A stretch of 63,594 nt of DNA from a virus (taxonomy: Duplodnaviria; Caudoviricetes): IMG/VR virus record IMGVR_UViG_3300035212_000241, positions 1 through 63,594 of that record; one strand, 5' to 3'. Shown in pieces: positions 21,801 through 30,613 of the stretch. The notes below the pieces were generated by a model. The model was given only the letters and a program-made list of their open reading frames with translations. It was not told the origin of the DNA and made no database searches. Position 1 is the stretch's first letter. Every line of letters starts with the position of its first letter. Position numbers and translations under genes: made by a program.

Positions 21801-24800
21801 AATAAAGAGAACTTTAAAACGATGATTTCAGAGGTTCAATCAAGACTTCCTGAGAATCACGAATACACTGAAAGTACAAACATATCTATTGATGGCGTTA
21901 GAGTTTATTCTAATCAGCTAAATAGAGGTTATGAGGTACTTACAGATGCAAATGGAAATCCTGTAACAAATACAGTTACGCTTAACGCAGCTAGCGTAGA
22001 AGGTCTTCAGCAGGCAGCAACACAAGAGGAGAAGCAATCTCTTTATGATAACATGACTGTCACTACGAGAGAGCAATTTAATGCGCTTAGAGACAAGATA
22101 ACAGCTTTAATGCCAAATGCTAGGGTGCTTTGGAATCAAGCAAATAACACTGTACAGATACAACTACCTGTTCTTGTTCAATCAAAAAAAGCTACTGCTG
22201 CTGAGACAACGCCTGCGCAAAAAACATTTGAGCAGAGAAAATCAGAAATTGAAAAGATAACTGACCCTGAGCAAAGAAAAGTTGCTGAGATAGAATTTAT
22301 AATGTCGAATCTTATGTCAGGAGTAGGTGAGGCATCTGCTAATAAAATAAGAGAATATGCTGACAGGATAATATCAGGCAAAGAAACAAGAGATCAAGTA
22401 ATTCAAGGTCTTCCAAAATCATTTGTGGATGGCATAGACCAATTACTTGCTGCACAGCAAGCTCCTACCGAGACTACTGCTACTGCTACTCCAACTGCTA
22501 CTGAGGCAACTCCTGTCGAGCAGTTTACTGAGCAGGACAGAGCGAGAAAGGCTGAGCTGGAGGAGGCAATGAGAAAGGCTGACAAGAGGAGAAAGAATAT
22601 CACAGTAGGCGAGACGACAATGCCAAAGGCAGAGGCTAAGGCTGAGCTTGATGCACTCAATCAGAAGGAGCAGGCAGTTATTGAGGCAGAGGTACAAGCT
22701 ATTGAAAAACTAATATCAGCTCCTGAACAAAAAGATAAAGGTAAGATAAAGCAGGCAGTTACAAATGCAGCAAAAGCAATTGCTAAGATACTTCCTAAAA
22801 CAAAAATTGTCATCCATGAAACAAATGATGACTATGTAAATGCTACCGGAGATACTGATGGTGCCTCTGGAATTTATATACCAAGTGCAGAAGGTGGTAC
22901 TATTCATGTAAACCTATCTAATGCCAATACAAGGACAGTAGGGCATGAGGTCTTCCATGCTATATTACTCAGAGGTATCAAGACAGATGCTGAGGCACAG
23001 AGGTTAGCAAAGGCAATGATAGGAGCTGTAGCTAAGTCATTAAAACAATCAGGAGCAAATCAAGAGTTACTAAATGAGCTTGAAGATTTCTTGTCTAACT
23101 ACGAGGAGAATATTCAAAATGAGGAATACTTAGCCGAGGTGTTTGGATATCTTGCTGATGGATATCCACAGTTAGATGTTCCTGCACAAAGTATTATCAA
23201 TAGATTCATTGAGAGGATAATGAAACTGTTTGGTTTAAAACCAATGACAGACAAAGAGGTTATTGACTTTATGAATACCCTATCAAGGAAGGTAGCTGCC
23301 GGTGAGGAGATAACTGAGAAAGAAGTAGGCATTACAAAAAAGACTAAAGGCATATCATCAAGGCAACAAAAAGATAATAATACCGTTAATAAAGAAGTAT
23401 CTAACACCGAAAAGAAACAATCTACTATAGATAAGTTTTTAAGTTGGTTTAAAAAGGATAACAAAGATACAAAAACTGAATTATTACCTAAAAATAAAGA
23501 CGAAAATGAAGGACTACTTAACAGACTATCACAAGAAGAAGAACGAGGAAGGGAGTCTTCTTCTTCAGCAAATGTTAGCGCAACCATTGTCGCAGAAGGA
23601 GTGCATAGAGCAAATTCAAGAAAGAGCGCTAAGGAGATTAAAAAACAAGAAGAAATAGAATTAGAGGCTCACGCTAAAGAGAGTGGCTTTTGGATAGACC
23701 CTAGTGAATTTGAAAATAAGGAGCCTCATGGCCAAGGTGCGGAATCTGATGTATTCGTAAGTAATGATGGAACTTATGTAACAAAAATAAAAGCAAACGA
23801 TTTACACTATTCAAGTTGGTTGGACTTTCTTGACAGCATCGCGCTGCACAATAGCTTCGAACATAATGCAAGGTATATACTAAAGGGGTTTACTAAGTAT
23901 AAAAATAAATTTAGAGCTGTTTTAGAACAGCCATTCATAAGAAATTCTAGAGAGGCTACTCGTAAAGAAATTGATGAAGATCTATTAAAAAAAGGATTTA
24001 AGTCAAGGGGATTGGGTGTTTATATAAATGATAACACAGGTGTATTTGTAGGCGACTTATTACAAGAGACTGGGAATGCATTGATTGTAGATGATGTTAT
24101 TTTTTACATAGACCCGATAATAAAGCCAAATACTTACTCTTTAGGATTTAATGGAAAGAGAAAAGTATCTCTATCATCTCGTCAGCAGAAAGTAAATAAA
24201 GAGGTTCAAGATATTGAACAGTTACCGGCTGCAAGGAAGCAGATTATAGGTGAAAATGCTAAATTAGCTCAAGAAGTGCGTGACAACTTGCAAGTTGCAA
24301 GAAACATGGAAACGGCAGGTAAAGACGCTAAGACTATTCGTATCACTACTGGATGGGAAAAAGGCAAGGATAACAAGTGGAGGTATGAGATAGATGATGC
24401 GGATGTCGATGAAGTTGAATTAGCCGATATGTGGGAAGATGGGGTAGAAAGTAATTTAGAAAATCTATTATTAGATTCTGAATTATTAAAATTATATCCT
24501 CAGCTTAAAGATATAAAAATTAAATATACAGAATATGGAAAAGTAGCAAATTATGATGACAATAAAAATAAAATAAGCATACCAAGGGATTATGGATATG
24601 ATACACGATTTAAATCAGTATTACTTCACGAAATCCAACACGCTATACAAGTTATAGAGGGGTTTGCTCTAGGAGGAAGCCCTGAGCAAATGATAACGCC
24701 TAATGATGTTTTAGCACAACTTGTTAGAGAATTACCTAACACAGATAGGGAGCAAAGAAGAAAAATAAAAGAAGCTTATCAACAAGAAGGGCTAACTAGA

Positions 24801-27800
24801 TTTCCTATTTTCCCTACAGTTTTTGATATTCAGTCGGATAGTCCTGACAAATTAGACGACTTTATTGAAAAACTTGAAATTTTAACTAAACTTTTCCCAA
24901 ATGTAGATTCTTATAAAAAACTACAAGAAGGTTTAGAAATCCGGTTAATGGAAATGGGGGGAGGAGATATTTCTTTTGAAAAATATCAAAAAATAGCAGG
25001 AGAAGTAGAAGCTCGTAACGTACAAACCAGAATGGATATGACTCCTGAGCAAAGGAGACAAACTACACTACAAGAGACTGAAGATGTTGCAAGAGAAGAT
25101 CAAGTAATATTTTTTGATACTAATTTATCACCTCGTCAGCAGAAATCTAAGAATAACCAAGAAATTATAAAACAAGCAAGGGCTAATGGTAAATCAGAAG
25201 CAGGTATAAGAGCATACTTTAAGAAGAATGGCTTGTCTGATATTGAAATAGATATACTGTTTGACGAAGAAAAAGGAGCAGGCAAAAAAATTAGTCTTAC
25301 CGAAGAGACTCTTCCTGGATACACCAAGTTAATGAACAGAATAAATGACATCATCGCAAGGGGCAGAAGGAAGGGTAAGACTGATGATGATATAATGAAA
25401 GGAGTAATTGCCAATGTTGAGTCAAGGTCTCCTGAGTATGCAAATGCTACTGACCAGCAGCGTGAGCAGATAATCCGTGATATTAGAAAACTGTTTGGCA
25501 AAAAGGAGAAAGCAGCGCCATCTGCCGCTAAAATAACCGGTAAGCCTAAACCAAAGAAGGTTACTGTAGATGAGATGACAGCGCTCAAGGACCAACTAAG
25601 ACTTGAGGCAAGAGCAGCAAGAGAAGCTAAGGGTGACCTCAACGCTAAGCGCAAGATGCTTGCTGCTGCAATCAAGGAGATGAAGAAGAAAGGCAGCATC
25701 TCAGTACGCCAGGCTAAAGCACTTATTAACCGAATAAATGCTGTCAACCTTGACAATCCTGTAATGGTTGAGAGACTACTTACTTATGCTGAGAATATAT
25801 TCAATGATGCTGACTATGACACAAGAGTACAAGAAGTAAGAAAGCTGCAAGAGCAGGTTAAAAAGGTAAACCATGTCTCAATGAGAGATACGGTAAGGGA
25901 ATTTGCGTCGATAAACCCTGAGAGAATACCTGCTGATAAATTGCTTGACTACATCCAGGCATTGGATGACATGAACACAAGGGCACCGTTCTATGAAAAG
26001 ATGAACGATATGTTCGATGAGGTAATGTCATACAGGTCTGAGTCAAAAGAATTTGATGCCATTAAAACATTCCAAGCCCTTATCGACAAGCTTGAGAGTA
26101 TAGCCATCAACCAAGTAAAGAGCGTTGAGGACTATGTCGCTCTTGTCAGAGACATCAACTCATTCAAAAGAAAAGCCTATCAGCTACTGCAAAATGGTGA
26201 CATCACTCAAGACCAATACGACCAAGCCATTGAGAATGTAGGTAAGGACCAAGCTGCTGTCGAGAAGAAATACGAGAAGGAGCTAACTGCGCTAAAGAAG
26301 GGTCTAGTGCAAGAGATAATGGGACTAAGGCCTGAAGTACACCCTGACTTTACACCTGAGGAGGCAGCACTTATCAATAAATATCTTGAGCTTAGTGAGA
26401 GTGATTTAGAGTCACTATCTCCGGAGGACTTATATATCCTCAATGACTTGCTCAATAATATCAAAGAAGATGTTCAGCTTGACTATTACAGGCTAAGCGA
26501 AATCGTGTCAAAAGCATACACTAATGCAGGCGGTCAAAAGCTTGCTGAGCAGTTAAATGAATCTAAATTTAACAAGTCATCAGATGAGGGTAAAAAGTTA
26601 TTACTTGAGCAAGAGTCAGCTTTTTGGGAGGGCCTATTAGGACTTGGCAGAGCCACATCAGGTGCGCTGCAAAAGTTTATAGTGTCACCGTTCAACAGAG
26701 CCATTGCATCTTTTGAGAATTTCATGAAAGATGGGTATAGTGAGTTTTCAAAGCTCAAGAAAAAGTATAGAATGAAAGACTATAATATGCACCGCTTGGG
26801 CGTATTTACCACCTACCTTCAAGAGTATATGGCGCAATTTGACCCTGCAAATAAAAATGTTAAAGACATTGGCAAGAGAGATTGGTTTGGAGAGATTCTA
26901 GGAAATGAGGGCATGAGAGATGGGTATAAGTCAGCTAAGCCATCAGCGAAAAGACTTATCGGCATGGGCGATACTGAGCTAAAAACAATTGAGAAAATTT
27001 ATAAGAGTCTTCCCAAAGACGCAAACGGAAAGGTCGACCCAAAAGCTGTTTATGATAGTTTTATGGCCAATGATGGTAAGTTCTTTACCAAGCAAGAGAA
27101 AGCCTTCTTCGATAAGGTTATGGAATGGAAGCAAAAGAACTTGACCACAAAGCAAAAGGCTGCAAATGAAATGAGTGGTATGCCATTCAAGGAAATACCT
27201 TTCCACATGATGAGGGTAAGACTTGATAGAGGCGCAAAGCAAATAAGTCCTAAAGCAGAAGGAGGTGCAGGAAAAGTAAGAATAGAAGCAGGGACCGGTA
27301 AAGAGAGGGCAAAACAAACGGTTGGTCCTATTATGACAAACTTTGAGCAATTATTTACAGAGAACCTTGAGCAGACTGCAAGAAATTACTATCTGCGAGA
27401 GGCCATCAATGATATCAATAACACACTGTCTGTTGCAAAGAAAGGTTTGGATAAAAATAAAACAGGTCTGTTTAATACCATACCAGGGACTATCTCAGAT
27501 GCATTGAACTTTGAATTTGACAAGACAGATAGTCAAGTGATATTCAAAAGTCTATTAGCAGCAAGGGCAGCAGAGACGCTATTTAACCCTATCAGAACAG
27601 CAGTTGAATTGACATCTGCATTTTTATCATATCCATTTAGAGCCAAAACTCCTAAGGGATATAGAGAATTATTTGGAAAGCAGGGTAAAATGAAAAAACT
27701 ACTTGACTTTACAGATAGCCCAATAAGACTTAGAGATAATATCAATAAGGCTATTGACATCAGCGATGGAAGAATAAAGCCTTTGGGTAAATTTGAGAAA

Positions 27801-29261
27801 GCCGTGAACTACTTGTCAGGATTGCCAGAGCGTACAATGCTTATTACCTCATGGATGCCGACATTCAATAATGAGTTCAAGGATATTACAAACGAGAAGT
27901 TTGATATGGATAAGTTCAACTCAAGCGCTGAGTATAGGCAGAAGTATGGCAAGGCAATTAAAGAGGCTGCTGCTGTTGCTGACGCTCAGACTGAGAAGAT
28001 TATCGGATCAACAACAAAGGCAGGAGGAAGACGCGAAATAAGGATAGCTCCAAAGATACTTGCCAATGTAATTGGACTTGAGGGAACTGTTAAGAAAAAC
28101 TCAAGTGCTGGACAGATACTTGGCTTCTTTAGCAACTACCCATACAGAGAGGTCACTGAGTTCCTAAATGGTTTCAGAGAGGCTGCTGAGGTGTATAAAC
28201 AAGGAGGAAAGATAAAGTCAATTAGCCAATTACAAAAACCACTTGGTGTTGTAATAAACTTAGCTGCTTATGGCTTCTTATCGTCAGTTGTTTATGCTAT
28301 GAAACTTATGCTACTCGGTGATGATGAGGACGAGGAGAAAGGAGAAGCTATGCTAAAAGAGCTGATGACACCAAAGGGATTTATGGATGAGTTACAGGGG
28401 AACGCAATATCATTAGGTGCAAGCAAGTATGCTGCCGGTGGTAAAGCTATGTTGCAAATGTTCGCTACCATTGCTTACAACTCAACGAGCGATAAAGAGC
28501 AGAAAGCAAGAATCAAAAAGATTTTAAAGAATAGCGTATTCGTTGAGCCAATAGATGCTGAGAAAGTTCAAGGCTATGGTGGCAAAAATGAGCTGCTCGG
28601 TGCAATATCATCATATGTTCCTCAGGTTGTTTTATTCGCAAAAAGGATTGAGGAAACTATACAGACAGCTGGTGAGCTTAATTACATCTACAAGAAATTC
28701 CAAGATGGTGGCTTGAAGGCTTTGTCTGAGGATGAAGGCTTGGCAATATTAGCCATTGATGGTTTATTAAAAACAACACAAACTGTATTCAATTTTACCG
28801 GAACATCTCTACCAATGTACAACGACATAAAGATGTACATGAAAGGTGCCAAGAAAGAGGCAGGTGTTGGTAATATAAAACTTTCAGCCACTGAGAATCA
28901 GCACAAGAAAGCATTGCAGAATTATAAAAACGAGAAAGAGTTCAAGGAGAATGACCCTGAAGGATACCTTAAAGCTATTGACGAAGGTGGTTCACTTTAT
29001 GAGTATAAATTAGAGCAGAGCAAAAAAGAAGAAGAGGCAAATAAGGACAAGCCATTCAGAGGTATGAGCGAAGAAGCTTTCAAGAAAAAGTATCCAGAAG
29101 AATACATAGAGAAATATGGCCCAGATACTGAGTACTATGAAGAACAAAGAACTCCTGAGGCTATTGAGAAAAGAGCCGAAATGAGAGCGTTGCAGAAAAA
29201 AGAAAATGCAATAAAAGCAAAGAATAAAAAGAAACGTAATGAAAGAGATAAAGAGGAGTAA
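18870..29261 (+). CDS. Giant internal virion polyvalent protein (zincin HEVFH, Kinase-PolyVal-like, LPD23, zincin HEIQH)
   Basis: 3463 aa; HEVFH...EEYLAE near 22944-23140; GQGAESDVF...VTKI...GDL...FYIDP near 23730-24116; TTGWEKGKDNKWRYEIDD near 24345; HEIQHAIQ...GEVEAR 24627-25016. Confidence 0.8.
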   Translation: MDEQYILDLFNQLGGESKFGKFDDFKELITTDNSYQQDFYNAFGANTLGEFNDFKSLVSATQQPEQQPVVQPTVKKKDDMDSDWLFGDGSSESEPSKTESEAGLFGRLAQKAFSTKQPQQEQVEPIKRPETVEEASGTWGNRAKKEQPFSEPLSDYMQVYGPKKGEGVLAPTKPLDFVGRMTPELVKERTPKFLEDGLNALTPKQLASYGAKGAKETFDYYFKDAGFKFETDREYVRAISPDGKVYTYNTILPSRESLDEFKNFVRESAFNNPEIADKAYLYEKENKKFKTKEEINNEVKTINAQEEGFMGDYKKFLNLQRDINEIEADLKRFRDSGEQNTPKYIQTEAYLNERKKELQDYAGTMDSKLVDLKAQRTQLDKAVGKYTEFQATQGDFGGNIYRTIANTTSGIFSNYLRLAVTKSVDFMPLSSVMGEEAYQAALDKKLKEKGYEGNVVPIDVLKEAKAEIEAEIGSKARDDFKKAAITGKYQGEQLNNVLTVNGVRESLSEFMNKPITSTKEYLQERQEKGSFIERGLLGFAGSLPAMVGGPALRYMNMFMMTTDGALQEMDNNPNFADVSENEKELVALPIGVVGAVLEEFGLKNLKLGKSITSSILKTVLGRVPANATASTIRKTTFDVLAERGIRAGTAYAGGILSEMETGLLQQANDYAVKDIYSAMRGKKMFDNPAFLTGQYLYDLWDASRTEGVGAGVMSVPYSIAAAYQKDGFQALDDATFKIFEDLAKDNDSRKFFVTSLKNKINLGEVTPTQGKQMLEAYDQASGMIGMVPDEITDPESRKVAMDLMSERIRLEKQKYGKDEALAKPIQDKINQINEQLTQLTQDAIQKQAASQVSLQPEAGAGQEVEVGGPEAGPQAAPKQGVLSPEEEEKLRNNRRVDLFPEESEFADVIGGSGRNSSLSNYSEVNGVGVASYTNPDNGLVDVIMSGTSDNDYVGYVRVYENGKPTNRWTSKMSNESGNKENFKTMISEVQSRLPENHEYTESTNISIDGVRVYSNQLNRGYEVLTDANGNPVTNTVTLNAASVEGLQQAATQEEKQSLYDNMTVTTREQFNALRDKITALMPNARVLWNQANNTVQIQLPVLVQSKKATAAETTPAQKTFEQRKSEIEKITDPEQRKVAEIEFIMSNLMSGVGEASANKIREYADRIISGKETRDQVIQGLPKSFVDGIDQLLAAQQAPTETTATATPTATEATPVEQFTEQDRARKAELEEAMRKADKRRKNITVGETTMPKAEAKAELDALNQKEQAVIEAEVQAIEKLISAPEQKDKGKIKQAVTNAAKAIAKILPKTKIVIHETNDDYVNATGDTDGASGIYIPSAEGGTIHVNLSNANTRTVGHEVFHAILLRGIKTDAEAQRLAKAMIGAVAKSLKQSGANQELLNELEDFLSNYEENIQNEEYLAEVFGYLADGYPQLDVPAQSIINRFIERIMKLFGLKPMTDKEVIDFMNTLSRKVAAGEEITEKEVGITKKTKGISSRQQKDNNTVNKEVSNTEKKQSTIDKFLSWFKKDNKDTKTELLPKNKDENEGLLNRLSQEEERGRESSSSANVSATIVAEGVHRANSRKSAKEIKKQEEIELEAHAKESGFWIDPSEFENKEPHGQGAESDVFVSNDGTYVTKIKANDLHYSSWLDFLDSIALHNSFEHNARYILKGFTKYKNKFRAVLEQPFIRNSREATRKEIDEDLLKKGFKSRGLGVYINDNTGVFVGDLLQETGNALIVDDVIFYIDPIIKPNTYSLGFNGKRKVSLSSRQQKVNKEVQDIEQLPAARKQIIGENAKLAQEVRDNLQVARNMETAGKDAKTIRITTGWEKGKDNKWRYEIDDADVDEVELADMWEDGVESNLENLLLDSELLKLYPQLKDIKIKYTEYGKVANYDDNKNKISIPRDYGYDTRFKSVLLHEIQHAIQVIEGFALGGSPEQMITPNDVLAQLVRELPNTDREQRRKIKEAYQQEGLTRFPIFPTVFDIQSDSPDKLDDFIEKLEILTKLFPNVDSYKKLQEGLEIRLMEMGGGDISFEKYQKIAGEVEARNVQTRMDMTPEQRRQTTLQETEDVAREDQVIFFDTNLSPRQQKSKNNQEIIKQARANGKSEAGIRAYFKKNGLSDIEIDILFDEEKGAGKKISLTEETLPGYTKLMNRINDIIARGRRKGKTDDDIMKGVIANVESRSPEYANATDQQREQIIRDIRKLFGKKEKAAPSAAKITGKPKPKKVTVDEMTALKDQLRLEARAAREAKGDLNAKRKMLAAAIKEMKKKGSISVRQAKALINRINAVNLDNPVMVERLLTYAENIFNDADYDTRVQEVRKLQEQVKKVNHVSMRDTVREFASINPERIPADKLLDYIQALDDMNTRAPFYEKMNDMFDEVMSYRSESKEFDAIKTFQALIDKLESIAINQVKSVEDYVALVRDINSFKRKAYQLLQNGDITQDQYDQAIENVGKDQAAVEKKYEKELTALKKGLVQEIMGLRPEVHPDFTPEEAALINKYLELSESDLESLSPEDLYILNDLLNNIKEDVQLDYYRLSEIVSKAYTNAGGQKLAEQLNESKFNKSSDEGKKLLLEQESAFWEGLLGLGRATSGALQKFIVSPFNRAIASFENFMKDGYSEFSKLKKKYRMKDYNMHRLGVFTTYLQEYMAQFDPANKNVKDIGKRDWFGEILGNEGMRDGYKSAKPSAKRLIGMGDTELKTIEKIYKSLPKDANGKVDPKAVYDSFMANDGKFFTKQEKAFFDKVMEWKQKNLTTKQKAANEMSGMPFKEIPFHMMRVRLDRGAKQISPKAEGGAGKVRIEAGTGKERAKQTVGPIMTNFEQLFTENLEQTARNYYLREAINDINNTLSVAKKGLDKNKTGLFNTIPGTISDALNFEFDKTDSQVIFKSLLAARAAETLFNPIRTAVELTSAFLSYPFRAKTPKGYRELFGKQGKMKKLLDFTDSPIRLRDNINKAIDISDGRIKPLGKFEKAVNYLSGLPERTMLITSWMPTFNNEFKDITNEKFDMDKFNSSAEYRQKYGKAIKEAAAVADAQTEKIIGSTTKAGGRREIRIAPKILANVIGLEGTVKKNSSAGQILGFFSNYPYREVTEFLNGFREAAEVYKQGGKIKSISQLQKPLGVVINLAAYGFLSSVVYAMKLMLLGDDEDEEKGEAMLKELMTPKGFMDELQGNAISLGASKYAAGGKAMLQMFATIAYNSTSDKEQKARIKKILKNSVFVEPIDAEKVQGYGGKNELLGAISSYVPQVVLFAKRIEETIQTAGELNYIYKKFQDGGLKALSEDEGLAILAIDGLLKTTQTVFNFTGTSLPMYNDIKMYMKGAKKEAGVGNIKLSATENQHKKALQNYKNEKEFKENDPEGYLKAIDEGGSLYEYKLEQSKKEEEANKDKPFRGMSEEAFKKKYPEEYIEKYGPDTEYYEEQRTPEAIEKRAEMRALQKKENAIKAKNKKKRNERDKEE

Positions 29262-29631
29262 TTATACGCTGCTACTAAGCAAAAACCCATGCGAAATCTT
29301 CATCCACTTTGCAGAGGAGGAGATGCATGGGTTGAGCTTCAGAGAATGTGTGATACACACGAACAATGCAAAGCAGGCATATATTGCCGGATTCTCAAAC
29401 TATGTCCCGAAGGATAGTGGTGACTACAAGCATGGCGATCCGTTCTTTGTGTTCATCAATCTAACAAGATGCACCTCACCTATTGAGACAATGCTTACGA
29501 TCAACCATGAGATGATACATAGAGCATTTGAGCTGTATGATTGGGACATTGACAAAGAGGAAGAGATTGTAACCTGGGCAGAGAATGAGACGCGCGAGGT
29601 ATATAACCTATTGAAGCGGATACTCAAGTAG
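29239..29631 (+). CDS. Small zincin-like metallopeptidase (HEMIH)
   Basis: 130 aa with HExxH and a downstream EE; last gene of the late transcript. Confidence 0.5.
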   Translation: MKEIKRSNYTLLLSKNPCEIFIHFAEEEMHGLSFRECVIHTNNAKQAYIAGFSNYVPKDSGDYKHGDPFFVFINLTRCTSPIETMLTINHEMIHRAFELYDWDIDKEEEIVTWAENETREVYNLLKRILK

Positions 29632-29790
29632 CTCAAGCTGACTCTCTGAGAAGATGTGCAGCATACCGTTGTCAATCAGCTCAGCTACTATTCTTACCTC
29701 ACCTACCGTGTTATGAAATACGGCAACTACAATGCCGTCAAACTTGTAGCCTTTGGGTTTTTGGACTTTATCTCCTATTTTGAATTTCAT
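29608..29790 (-). CDS. SH3-fold protein resembling type II (R67/DfrB) dihydrofolate reductase
   Basis: FKIGDKVQKPKGYKFDGIVV...GMLHIF...LE aligns by eye with R67 [20 protein letters not shown]...GSVQIY...LE. Confidence 0.55.
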   Translation of the reverse strand: MKFKIGDKVQKPKGYKFDGIVVAVFHNTVGEVRIVAELIDNGMLHIFSESQLELLEYPLQ

Positions 29791-29816
29791 AATGCTGTTT
29801 TAAAGTGATTAAAAAA

Positions 29817-29932
29817 TAGTCAGGACAGGATTCGAACCTGTATCTTTCGGCAAGACTTAACGTATATTCTTAGGTCATGACTCCTTACCTTTTACCGCTC
29901 ACCGAATGCTTTACCAATTTCACCACCTGACT
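29817..29932 (-). ncRNA. tRNA-like RNA without a canonical anticodon loop (element A)
   Basis: Acceptor AGTCAGG/CCTGACT+A; D loop with TGG; T arm ACAGG-TTCGAAT-CCTGT; anticodon stem TCGGTGAG/CTTGCCGA closes about 43 nt instead of 7. Confidence 0.8.
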
Positions 29933-29939
29933 TTTAAAA

Positions 29940-30118
29940 TGACTGTTCTCAGTCAGCGAGGTAGATTGTTTTTGTTCAGCGGCCTGCCTTTCTGGAACTA
30001 CCAAAACCAAGTATTGTAATGCGTTTTTAAATTATCCCCTGAACGCTAACAGTGCCAACATACGATTTGGAATACTTAGTAGTATTATCTTCGGTCCATA
30101 CTCAGCGCTAAGCAGAGG
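29940..30118 (-). ncRNA. Candidate structured RNA upstream of tRNA-like element A
   Basis: Nested stems TCTGCTT/AGGCAGG, TGGA/TCCA, ACTAAGTATT/AATACTTGGT, CCAA/TTGG, GCGTT/AACGC, crossing GTTCAG/CTGAAC, and a final hairpin TGACTG-AGAA-CAGTCA; no ORF. Confidence 0.45.
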
Positions 30119-30323
30119 GCTTGTAGGTTTCGGAATAGTATTGTTCTGCTTGTTTGCTTGCTTCCATTTCTAAAGGATAAATTAATCCTAAAAGATGCGC
30201 ATCAATTATCTGCTGCTTTTCCATTTCAAGAGCTTGCTCAATTAAATCATTCCAAGTTTCGCCTTCTTCTAATCCATACCATCTTTTATGTATTTTATCA
30301 ATTAAAAATTCTACTGCTGTCAT
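30108..30323 (-). CDS. Small Bacteroidota-phage protein (TAVEFL...EMEKQQIIDA...AEQYY family)
   Basis: 71 aa; motif common in flavobacterial phages. Confidence 0.65.
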   Translation of the reverse strand: MTAVEFLIDKIHKRWYGLEEGETWNDLIEQALEMEKQQIIDAHLLGLIYPLEMEASKQAEQYYSETYKPSA

Positions 30324-30598
30324 ATCTTTTTAGTTTTAGGGGAACAGCCCAGCCAAAAGCTGAACGAAAATTGATTTCTTCGATGTCCTTTGATTTTATG
30401 CTTATTTAAAACCTCGTCAAGGATATGCTGCATGACAGCCTCCTCACACTGATAGTCCATAAACTTAATAACCTTCTGACCTTCTCTGTTTGTCTCAGCA
30501 TTGGCCATCAACTCGTCAAAGTCAGCCGGTGGCTCTGAGACTGCGTACACTTTTCGATATATCTCCAAGAGTATATCATCATTTTTTGGTTTGCTCAT
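30320..30598 (-). CDS. Hypothetical protein
   Basis: 92 aa, ATGA-coupled to the next gene. Confidence 0.65.
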   Translation of the reverse strand: MSKPKNDDILLEIYRKVYAVSEPPADFDELMANAETNREGQKVIKFMDYQCEEAVMQHILDEVLNKHKIKGHRRNQFSFSFWLGCSPKTKKI

Positions 30599-30613
30599 AA
30601 TTAGTTTAAAGTT

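Noticed and set aside
1144-28891. Many antisense and alternative-frame ORFs in the track (e.g. 25136-25756, 23114-23587)
   Set aside because: They are shadows of long, motif-bearing sense genes and have no independent signals.
18870-29261. crAss-like or N4-like virion RNA polymerase
   Set aside because: I saw no DxDxD or other polymerase motif; the recognisable domains are peptidase, kinase and LPD23 types.
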